Below, piece by piece: positions 17,424 through 25,848 of a stretch of 64,000 nt of DNA. Within the stretch, counting starts at the first letter, position 1; every line of letters begins with the position of its first letter. Origin of the DNA: an uncultured Acidimicrobiia bacterium (GTDB lineage Bacteria; Actinomycetota; Acidimicrobiia; Acidimicrobiales; AC-14); NCBI GenBank assembly GCA_963836205.1, contig CAWIIV010000007.1:96001-160000 (forward strand), written 5' to 3'. The notes beneath the pieces were generated by a model. The model was not told the origin of the DNA, ran no database searches, and saw nothing but the letters and a program-made list of their open reading frames with translations. Made by a program: the position numbers and the translations under genes.

Positions 17424-18709
17424 CGGAAAAAGATCTCTATCTCAAGGCCGCCATTCGCCGCGTGTTCTGGCAAATGGGCTTTAGCACCAAGCTGAACGTT
17501 CCACTGAGGGCCTTTGTCCCTACTCAGCGTCCGACGAGTCGGCAGCGCCCGAAGGCGATGTATGAGGCGTTCACCGACCTTGACGTTCTCGGCATTCACA
17601 TTTCGCCGGACTTGCGCGTTCAGACGGCGATTGCCGACTGCAAGACAAGTACGAAGGGCTCAACGGAACGCATGTTTTGGATTCGCGGCGTCGCCGACTT
17701 CTTCACAGCTGATGATGCCTACATGGTTAGGTCCGGCGATGTCACGGCGGCGTCTCGTCAACTCGCTGCTCGTCTCGGGGTTGCTGTCCTGATGCCGAAC
17801 GATCTCGCGGCCCTGGAGACTCACTATGGAAGCCGACTCCCTGCCGAACCAGGGGCGCTTGATTTCCTCTTCGATGCATCGAGCATTAGTTCAAGCCGTC
17901 AGGCATTTACTGAGCTTGATCGCCGACTTCAGTCGTTGCGTGAATACCAGGAGTTCGATTTTTGGGTCTATGAAGAGTACCGCAACCTCCAGCAGGTGGT
18001 TGCTCATCTCAAGGCAGTGAGCCAGCATCTCGATCCATCCCACCCGTCTCATCAGGCGCTCTTCTTTGAATCTGCATGGCTATACGCGCTTTCTCTCGCG
18101 CGTGCGGTTCATCATGTTCGTCGTACTCACCTTAGTGATATCGACACCAGTCTGCGTGAGTACCTCTTCGGGGGTCAGCTTGGACTCCGAGAGAAGCAAC
18201 ACTTGGCGAAGGTGTTGCGTGCTGCTGCTGGGAAATCGGGCGGTGAGTCCGATGAGGGGGTCTTCCCGCCGTACTTTCCTGCCCTCCTTGAACTCTCGAC
18301 TCGGTTCCTAAGACGGCCGACACTTGCCCTCACGGTGTTGCGCTACGGAGAGTGGGCAGCCGAGGCGCACGTCGCAGGGCAAGTACGACCTGCTGCGGAG
18401 GTTTTCGGAGAGTGCTTCGACGACGTTGCAGCCAAGCTCCTCTCCGATGTGTGTGGTTTCCTCGTGAGCACGACGGGTCTCGATGGCGCCTTTAGGGCCC
18501 GTGCCCGTCAGCTGCTTGCACCAGGCGTGCCACTCCAGCATGGGGCCCCGGAGTCCCGCCGCCCGCTTGGTAGTGGGAGCGACCTGGGGCTCCGGCGGCG
18601 TGGCACGCCCTTCTTGAATCAGGCGCCATTGCCGATTGACTCGATCGGCGGGGATCCCGACGATCCTCCCGTGGGACCACCGCCCTCCGCAGACGACGCA
18701 TCCACTTGA
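17420..18709 (+). CDS. Putative PD-(D/E)xK nuclease-fold protein with helical C-terminal domain
   Basis: 429 aa; TDLDVLG...IADCKT fits the restriction-endonuclease D...(D/E)xK motif; low-complexity tail. Confidence 0.7.
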   Translation: MTEKDLYLKAAIRRVFWQMGFSTKLNVPLRAFVPTQRPTSRQRPKAMYEAFTDLDVLGIHISPDLRVQTAIADCKTSTKGSTERMFWIRGVADFFTADDAYMVRSGDVTAASRQLAARLGVAVLMPNDLAALETHYGSRLPAEPGALDFLFDASSISSSRQAFTELDRRLQSLREYQEFDFWVYEEYRNLQQVVAHLKAVSQHLDPSHPSHQALFFESAWLYALSLARAVHHVRRTHLSDIDTSLREYLFGGQLGLREKQHLAKVLRAAAGKSGGESDEGVFPPYFPALLELSTRFLRRPTLALTVLRYGEWAAEAHVAGQVRPAAEVFGECFDDVAAKLLSDVCGFLVSTTGLDGAFRARARQLLAPGVPLQHGAPESRRPLGSGSDLGLRRRGTPFLNQAPLPIDSIGGDPDDPPVGPPPSADDAST

Positions 18710-18832
18710 CGCCATTGCGCTCGCAGCGTGGGACAGTCACCTCACTAAGCTGAGTATTGGCTCGGCCGGGGGACAGTTGGCGTGCTGTCGATCTCGCGGA
18801 TTTTGGGTGGGCGCGCGGCTAGCGAGGCAGAG

Positions 18833-20530
18833 TCATCTCGGCCGTACTGGCGTTTGTCGAGGGTCAACGGCTGCGGACCCCTTGGCGGCGGCAGACAGGC
18901 GCTGTGCGAGGTACTGGACCGGCTCTCGTTGATCGGGTGGGAGATGCTCGCCGCCGGTGGTCTCGGCGATGACGAACACGCGATTCCGGACCCGTCCCCT
19001 CGTCAGGGCGGTGTAGCCGGACTCGGCACCGAGGTTCTCGCCCCAGACCAGGGCGACGTCGCAGGTGGCGCCCTGGGCCTTGTGGACGGTGAGGGCGTAG
19101 CCGTGGCTGAGGTTGCCGGCGGCCAGGTAGGCCTCGGGTAGCTCTACCTCCCCGTTGTCGAGGGTGACGATGGGGGCCTTGTCGCCGACGCCCGCGACGG
19201 TGCCGGTGTCGCCATTGACGACGCCGAGGCGCTTGATGTTTCTGGTGCACACGACCCGGTCGCCGACGGCGAACTCGACGTGGCCCACCTGGGCCACGAC
19301 GGGGCCGAGCGAGCCTTCGGCCTCCATACGCTGACGGGCCCGGGCGTTGAGTTCGGCGACGGTGTCGCGGGTGGGGCCGAGCATGAGCACGTCCTTGCCC
19401 GCCTTGGTCGCGGCAGACCAATCCTCGACCATGGCGTCGGCCAAGGCGTCGGCGTTGGTGACCACGACCATGCCGCCCAGGCGGCGAAGACGCTCGACCG
19501 CCCGCCGCACGTGGCCGTCCCGCAGGTCGGCCACCACTGCCCGCTCGCCGGGGTGCTGCTGCCGTCGGTTGCCGGTGAGCTGGGTCGTCCCCAGGCGGGA
19601 GGCGAGGGCCTCAAACAGGCCCCCTGCCTCGATGGCCGGCAGTTGCTTGGGGTCGCCGACGAGCACCAGCTTGGCCTCGGCGTGGGCGCAGGCGTGGACC
19701 AGGCGGGCCAGCTTGCGGGTCCCCACCATCGCCGCTTCGTCGATGACCACGATCGATCTTCGGTCCAGCGACTCGTTCCCCGCTTTGAGGTCGATGAGGA
19801 GGCGGTCGATGGTGCGGCTGGTGATTCCCGAGCCCGCTTGCAGGCCCCGGGCGGCCCGGGCGGCGAGGGCGCAGCCCAATACCCGGGAGCCGCCCGCCTG
19901 CCATGCGGCACGGGCCGCGTCGAGGGCGAAGGTCTTGCCCGAGCCGGGAGCCCCGACCACCACGTCGATCTGGTCGCCGCTGGTGGCAATCCGCCGGACC
20001 ACCGCCACCTGCTCGTAGGACAGCGACGGCCGTGCACTCAGGGCCTCGTCCACGCGCTCGTCATCGGCGACACCGAACCCACTGGCCCGACCGCCGACGG
20101 CGATTGCGACCACCCGTTCCTCCAGGGCCAGCATCTTGGTCGTCGTCCACCGCCCTTCGGCGACTTCGACGACGAGGGGACTGGCCAGGAACGCCTGCGC
20201 ACGCTCCCCGATCTCGGCCAGTTCGGCGCCGTCGGATGCGGCGGCGGCCACCACCCACACCGCCTTGGCCGCATCGAAGGTGGCCTCGTCCAGGGTGATG
20301 CGACCGGCAAGGGCCTCGTCGATGGGCAGAGGGGCGAAGGCGCGACCGGACGAGCGGGGGACAGACGCCGGGTCGAAGCCGAGCTGTTCCGCCTCCTCTC
20401 GCCATCCGATGCGCAGGTCCAACTCGGAGACTGAACGGTCCTTGGCCTGGCGGGTGCGAGGGTGGCGACCTCGGCCGCCCTGGGCCCGGACGTGCCCTTC
20501 TTGCGCATGTCGATGGCCGCTCGGCGCCGA
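18833..20530 (-). pseudogene. Truncated MobF/TrwC relaxase-helicase (RecD-like helicase part only)
   Basis: GAPGSGKT, DEAAM, GDPKQL, YALTVHKAQGAT, YTALTRGR; upstream RRRAAID..AAEVATLA/TRQAK resembles the end of the TrwC domain, frameshift near 20455; HUH relaxase N-terminus absent. Confidence 0.8.
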
Positions 20531-21649
20531 CAGCTTGGAGGGGTCGATCGCCTACCGTCCGGTCGTTACCGCGTCCGGCTGACCGACCCGGCAACCGGAG
20601 CGAGGGTCAGCGCGGGCACGTACACGAACAAGGCTGACGCGGAGAAGGCGTTCGCCTCGGCGGTGACGGCCCAGGACCGGGGCACCTGGGTTGCTCCCCG
20701 GACCACCCTCACCCTCGCTGACTACTCGGGACAGTGGCTGGAGTCGAGGCTGACGAGCAAGGGATCGAGGCTGCGGCCTCGGGTCCGGGAACTATGCGAG
20801 GGCCAGCTCCGGCTCCACATCCTCCCGACCCTCGGACGGGCGCCACTGGCAAAGCTGCGTCCCACGACGGTCCGGTCCTGGTACACGGCCCTGGTCGACC
20901 ACGGGCCGGGCGCCATCACCGCGGCCAAGTGCTACCGGCTCCTGCGGGCGATCCTGAACACCGCCGTCGAGGACGGGCTGCTGGCCGTCAATCCCTGTAC
21001 CATTCGCGGGGCCGGCGCCGAACGGTCGCCGGAGCGCATCATCCCCACGGTCGGCCAAGTCGTCGAGCTCGCCGACACGGTCGACCCCAGGTATCGGGCA
21101 CTCGTGCTCCTCGCCGCGTTCGGGGGACTGCGGCGGGGCGAACTGTTCGGGCTGCGGCGCCGTCACGTCGATCTGACGCGGGGCGTGGTGACCATTGAGG
21201 TGCAGCGCCAGCAGCTGGCCCACGGCGAGCAGATCGTCGGACCGCCCAAGTCGGAGGCCGGCCGGCGCACCGTCGCATTGCCGCCGCAGGCGATCGTCGC
21301 CCCACAGTCACACCTCGACCAGTGGACAGGTCCGGCGGCCGACGATTGGGTCTTCACCGGCGCCAAGGGCGGTCCGCTGCGTGACGCCGTCTGGCAGCAC
21401 CAGTGGGACGTCGCCCGTCGAAGCGCCGGTCTCCCGAACCTCCACTTTCACGACCTCCGCCACGTCTCGGCCACGCTCACAGCGGCCACCGGCGCCGGTG
21501 TGAAGGAGATCATGCATCGCCTCGGGCACTCGTCGGCCCAGGCCGCCCTCCGCTACCAGCACGCCACGCCGGAGCGGGACCGGGCCATCGCCGAGGCCAT
21601 CTCCCGGCTAATAGAAGCGGCTGCCACCACCGATCCAAACCCATCATGA
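20513..21649 (+). CDS. Tyrosine recombinase / phage-type integrase
   Basis: GGLRRGELFGL (R), PPKS (K), HDLRH, RLGHS, RYQH catalytic set; N-terminal arm-binding 'RLPSGRYRVR'; ATG at 20513. Confidence 0.93.
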   Translation: MAARRRQLGGVDRLPSGRYRVRLTDPATGARVSAGTYTNKADAEKAFASAVTAQDRGTWVAPRTTLTLADYSGQWLESRLTSKGSRLRPRVRELCEGQLRLHILPTLGRAPLAKLRPTTVRSWYTALVDHGPGAITAAKCYRLLRAILNTAVEDGLLAVNPCTIRGAGAERSPERIIPTVGQVVELADTVDPRYRALVLLAAFGGLRRGELFGLRRRHVDLTRGVVTIEVQRQQLAHGEQIVGPPKSEAGRRTVALPPQAIVAPQSHLDQWTGPAADDWVFTGAKGGPLRDAVWQHQWDVARRSAGLPNLHFHDLRHVSATLTAATGAGVKEIMHRLGHSSAQAALRYQHATPERDRAIAEAISRLIEAAATTDPNPS

Positions 21650-21679
21650 CCGGCGGAACGCGATCGACGGTATGCAGCC

Positions 21680-23371
21680 TCATTCGTCAGGGGGCGGTCC
21701 GTAACGCACGCCTCGCCCGCCTCGCGCGTCACCAATCTTCGTGACGAGGCCGCGGGATCGCAGATCGGCGAGCAGGTTTCGGGCTCGGTAAACGTCGATG
21801 TCGAACATTCGCTGAACGGTTCGATTGGTCACATAGCCGTACTCTCGAATGTGGTCGAGGACCTTGTCGTCAGATCCATCGAGTTGCCGACGATGGTATG
21901 TCAAGGCTCGGGCCAGTCCCGCGACGGCCTCTGGGCGCAGGCGGTAGGTGGGGACAGGGTGGTGCGCCGTCCGCCGCGTCGGTTCAGCCACCCGCTCGTC
22001 GGACATTCGCTGCAGGATTCGCTGGGCCTCTGCAGGAGACCGCTGGATGGCTGCGGCGAGGATCAGTGCATCGATGGTTCGCCGCCGCCTGAGCATCGAT
22101 AGAGCGAGTAGCACGTCGACGTCTCGGCCAAGAGCATCGGGGAGGTCGGCCACGTACCGCACGAAAGGCTTGTTGCCCGTGCCGCCCTCCAAGACGGCCT
22201 GGACCAATACGTCCTCCGCTCGGAACGAGGGGGGTTCCTTCCCGCTCCGAAGCATCTCCCGATAGGCCCGATCAACCCCCTGTCCGGTCCGTTCGGCTAG
22301 CTGCAGGAGAGCAATGGTCTCGGTCAGCAGCCTGTTTCGGGGTGTGGACGGGTAGGTGAGGATGTTCTCGGGAGTCACGCCAGCTACGAACCCGCCAGGG
22401 CTCGAGATCGTCAGCTGGTCAGCGGTGTGCTCGATGTCGACGGTGCCGTGGGTGTCGTACGAGCGGTGGATCAGAGCGTTCACGACCAGCTCCCGAACGG
22501 CGTCGATGGGATAGTCGGTGAGTGAAAGCTGTACCCCTCCCGGAAGACTCAGCGGCTCACTCTCGGTACGTCGTTCGACCGCGTCGATGAGCAGCTCGAT
22601 CGCAGCGAGCATCGGCTCCCTGCCTCGGATTCGACTCGTTGCCTCTGCCCCCGACGTCGGTCGGTACTGGTATGAGTACCCGTATTCAGGGAAGCGTTCC
22701 GCGAGTATTTCGGTAGGAGCGAGGAGAATTGCTCCTGCTCTTGTCACTCGGCCATCCACTGCCAATCTGAGGTCGGCCAGCAGCCGCTCCGTGTCGATTC
22801 CGGCAAGCTCGCGGCGACCGGCGCGCCGAAGCAGCTGCCGGAGCCGTTCAATCTCAAGCGGGGCGAGTTGTGCCGGCCGCACGTCAGCTTCCTCCGCCGA
22901 CCAGTCGATCAGACCGCGGGCCGCAAGGACCTCCCGCTGCTGATCAGGCGTGAACGGAAGGCACTCATGCCCGAGTCGGCGTGTCGCGAGCCCGGCTGCA
23001 TTCGAACAGGTGCCGACGCCTTGGGGCACCAACACGACCACAAGCCGGCGACCGTGCTCGATGCGCTCGGCGACGAAGCACGTCAGGCTCGGGCGGGTGC
23101 GGTCGAAGATGCCCTTCCGGATGATGTCGACGCTGAGCCCCGGTGGTACGTCCTGGAAGGCCTCTGAGCCACCCCGGTCATCGATCACCCCGAGCACGAT
23201 GTCGCCGCCCCGGGCGTTCGCGAAGCACACCGCTGCGTCGGCGAGCATCCGAAGCGTGCCCTTCAGGTCGCGGTCGGCCTGCTTGAACTCAAGCGTGTCC
23301 CCCTCAAGTTCTCGCGCCCTCAGACCCATGGCCACGCTCGCTAGAGCAGCTTCGACCGAGCTCGGAACCAT
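21680..23371 (-). CDS. AlbA_2 (Schlafen-like) domain + HATPase_c_4-like ATP-binding domain + C-terminal HTH protein
   Basis: ELEGDTLEFK and FANARGGDIVLGV (AlbA_2); RELVVNALIHRSY, SPGG, PRN, GQGVDR; wHTH-like C-terminus. Confidence 0.85.
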   Translation of the reverse strand: MVPSSVEAALASVAMGLRARELEGDTLEFKQADRDLKGTLRMLADAAVCFANARGGDIVLGVIDDRGGSEAFQDVPPGLSVDIIRKGIFDRTRPSLTCFVAERIEHGRRLVVVLVPQGVGTCSNAAGLATRRLGHECLPFTPDQQREVLAARGLIDWSAEEADVRPAQLAPLEIERLRQLLRRAGRRELAGIDTERLLADLRLAVDGRVTRAGAILLAPTEILAERFPEYGYSYQYRPTSGAEATSRIRGREPMLAAIELLIDAVERRTESEPLSLPGGVQLSLTDYPIDAVRELVVNALIHRSYDTHGTVDIEHTADQLTISSPGGFVAGVTPENILTYPSTPRNRLLTETIALLQLAERTGQGVDRAYREMLRSGKEPPSFRAEDVLVQAVLEGGTGNKPFVRYVADLPDALGRDVDVLLALSMLRRRRTIDALILAAAIQRSPAEAQRILQRMSDERVAEPTRRTAHHPVPTYRLRPEAVAGLARALTYHRRQLDGSDDKVLDHIREYGYVTNRTVQRMFDIDVYRARNLLADLRSRGLVTKIGDARGGRGVRYGPPPDE

Positions 23372-23373
23372 GG

Positions 23374-23421
23374 AACTGATCCTAACTGATTGACTTCCGT
23401 ATTCGTCGGACTATCAGTTAG
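23374..23421. promoter_or_regulatory. Probable leaderless promoter and operator-like repeats upstream of the AlbA_2 gene
   Basis: Minus strand TAGGAT 7 nt before ATG; CTAACTGAT (23382-23390) / ATCAGTTAG (23413-23421) inverted repeat; third AACTGAT at 23374-23380. Confidence 0.45.
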
Positions 23422-23445
23422 CCGCCAGTTGTAGGAGCGGTGACC

Positions 23446-25333
23446 TAGGAAGCTTGACCTCCATGTTCTGTCGTCGGTGAGTCAAGTTCTGAGACCGATT
23501 CCCTCGGACCGAGTTGGGTCAGGCCGCGGGACTGAGGGTGAAGCCGGACTGCTTGGCTATCCGGTCGAGCTCGCGGTCGAGGTTGGCGATGGCGCGTCGG
23601 AGCTTGCCGTCGGGGTCGCCCCTGGGGTTGGTGGCCAGGTCGGCCATGGCGGTGGCGGTGAACCGGGCATGGGCGCGGTGCAGCACGACGGCGGCGTTGA
23701 GGCCGAAGTCGGTGACGGTGTAGCGGTGGGTGTGGGGGATCCGCTCGATGAGCCCGTGGAGGCGGAGCCGGCGCAGGTGATAGGTCATGCGGCCCGGGGT
23801 CATGGTCTCGGCGGGGACGCCGAGCAGGGGTGCGAGCAAGCCTCGCAGGTCGCGGTTGGCGAAACCGGTGGGCAGCAGGTGGCAGACGACGAGCGCGCCG
23901 AACAGGGCCTGGGTGACGGGGTGGTCGAAGCGCAGGGCGGGGACGCGCTGGCCCTCGACGTGGACGGGTAGGCAGACGCGGTTGTAGGTGTCGGCTCCGA
24001 GGATGGGGTCGCTGCTGGTTCGTTGCACCTGGAGGAGGCGCCGGTTGGCGGGGAAGCCGACCTGCCGCAGGGCGGGCAGGTTGGTCAGCCGCTTGCCGAT
24101 CCCGAAGTCGCGGGTGTCGTTGACGGTCGTCTCCGTGCGAAGGGCGATCTCCTTCTTGAAGTACTGCTTGATCCGGGAGTGCTTGTAGTCGACGTGGACC
24201 GACGGGATGACCCCCTCGGTGAGAACTCTGGTCCGGAACCGGAATCGCTTCAGCGTCGGCTTGGGGATCCGTCGCCCGAAGGTGAGCGACACCTGGTCGG
24301 GCCGGCCGGCGTCGAGGTTGGCCCGGATGACATCCTCGAAGAACACCCGCCCCGCCACGGGCCGGTCGAGAACCTGGGTGAGGGAGAACTCGGCTTGCAG
24401 GACCGAGATGTCGTAGCGGTAACCGGCAGCCCGGTCCTCGGGGGTGAAGGGGTGCGGGAGCCGGGCCAACCACTTGCGGACGAAGGCGTCGATCTCGTCG
24501 GGCCCCAGCCGGTCGCAGATCGCCTGCAGGGCGGCCGGGTCCTCACAGGCACCGAACACGTTGTCCAGCCGTTCAAAGCCGAGCCCGGCCTTGGCCGCTT
24601 GCTGCTGGGCCCAGTGGTGGCCGTTGATGCACACCTTGGCCGTGTAGGGAAAGTAGGTGCAGAACTTGACGAAGAACGGGCCGAAGTCGGCGTCGAAGCC
24701 GTAGAAGTAGAAGTGGTTCGGCATGGCGGTGGCGTTCACGATCCACGGGTAGGCCTTGCCCGTCATGGGGTTGAGCCGCTTCTCGGTCCGATAGACCCGG
24801 GTCTTCTCCTGGGCCCGGCCGACGAACAGGACCTGCTCGCTCACCCCGTCGTGGCCGGCCAGGTACTCATGGGCGACGTCGTCCTTGCGTTGGCCCTTGG
24901 TGAAGTGGACCAGGTCGAGGCCGTGGTCGCGGATGAACCGGTGGATCCCCTCGACGAAGGCGGTGGTCATCGGGTCCATCAGCGCAGAGGAGGCGAAGGG
25001 CATCTGTCGGTGGCCCCTGAAGAAGCCGACCACACCACCCGGGAACATCAGCTTGGGCTGGTAGAGGTTCAGGTACATGCGGTCGATGCAGTCGATCTCG
25101 AAGATGACGTGGTCGTCGAGCACGTCGGCCATCGTGGCGGGTACGGTCATCGTCGGGCTCCGGTCGACTCAGGCCCTCAACGGCCAACAACCGCTTCAGG
25201 CGGTACAAGCGACACCTTCGGGCGTCGCATCTAGGCTCGACCGGAGCCTACGAACACCTGCCGCCGACGCCAACCGCACCGACCTGATCGCGCCACCACA
25301 CCGCCTCGTCGGGCTGGGGCGAAGCCCCGTTAG
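23446..25333 (-). mobile_element. Putative non-DDE insertion element (~1.9 kb), boundaries inferred
   Basis: Single 543-aa gene; minus-strand 5' end CTAACGGGGCTTCGCCCC hairpin; 3' end CTTGAC..GTCAAG stem then CTTCCTAG; TAG (plus strand) at both ends; codon usage differs from neighbours. Confidence 0.55.
23519..25150 (-). CDS. Uncharacterised transposase-like protein with C-terminal winged helix
   Basis: 543 aa; IDRMYLN, QAEFS, IKQYFKKEIALRTETTVN (K-x-Y-x-K...R-x-E, reminiscent of Rep_trans initiators); wHTH MTYHLRRLRLHGLIERIPHTHRY. Confidence 0.8.
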   Translation of the reverse strand: MTVPATMADVLDDHVIFEIDCIDRMYLNLYQPKLMFPGGVVGFFRGHRQMPFASSALMDPMTTAFVEGIHRFIRDHGLDLVHFTKGQRKDDVAHEYLAGHDGVSEQVLFVGRAQEKTRVYRTEKRLNPMTGKAYPWIVNATAMPNHFYFYGFDADFGPFFVKFCTYFPYTAKVCINGHHWAQQQAAKAGLGFERLDNVFGACEDPAALQAICDRLGPDEIDAFVRKWLARLPHPFTPEDRAAGYRYDISVLQAEFSLTQVLDRPVAGRVFFEDVIRANLDAGRPDQVSLTFGRRIPKPTLKRFRFRTRVLTEGVIPSVHVDYKHSRIKQYFKKEIALRTETTVNDTRDFGIGKRLTNLPALRQVGFPANRRLLQVQRTSSDPILGADTYNRVCLPVHVEGQRVPALRFDHPVTQALFGALVVCHLLPTGFANRDLRGLLAPLLGVPAETMTPGRMTYHLRRLRLHGLIERIPHTHRYTVTDFGLNAAVVLHRAHARFTATAMADLATNPRGDPDGKLRRAIANLDRELDRIAKQSGFTLSPAA

Positions 25334-25351
25334 TCAATGATGTGAACGTCC

Positions 25352-25528
25352 CTCGTGCTGGTCGCCACCGGAGCCGGGGTGAAAGAGATCTTGCACCGTC
25401 TCGGGCACTCCTCCGCCCAGGCCGCCCTCCGCTACCAGCACGACTCCCCGGAGCGAGACCGAGCCATCGCCGAGGCCATCTCCCGCCTCATCGAGCCGGC
25501 CAACACCGCCAAATCGGACCCGCCGTAG
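25352..25528 (+). pseudogene. 3' remnant of a second, closely related tyrosine integrase
   Basis: Translates LVLVATGAGVKEILHRLGHSSAQAALRYQHDSPERDRAIAEAISRLIE..*, nearly identical to the C-terminus of 20513-21649. Confidence 0.88.
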
Positions 25529-25848
25529 CACTGGGGAGCGTTCAGGAAGGCGGGTCGAACTGGCGCACCCCTCCGGGCGTCGACCACCCAGAGCTGGCTC
25601 GTGGGATCGCCAATCTCCAAGGCCGTGCACAATCGCTCCAGTACGGCCTCCAACTCGACTCTGCCGGGGCGGTCGCTGACCCGCAGTACGACGATCCCCG
25701 CCGTCGCCTCGGGAGGGAACCGGAACGGGTTGGAGAAGTCGAGGTCGAGCGTGACGCGGGCCCGGGTCGCGCCGGCGGCGGCAGCGAGCACGTCAGCGTC
25801 GAACGCCCCTTCCATTCCCTCGTCGGAGACGGTGTCGACGTCATAACC

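Noticed and set aside
16155-18709. Type II restriction-modification system
   Set aside because: No methyltransferase motifs (FxGxG, DPPY/NPPY, PC) in either gene or the neighbours
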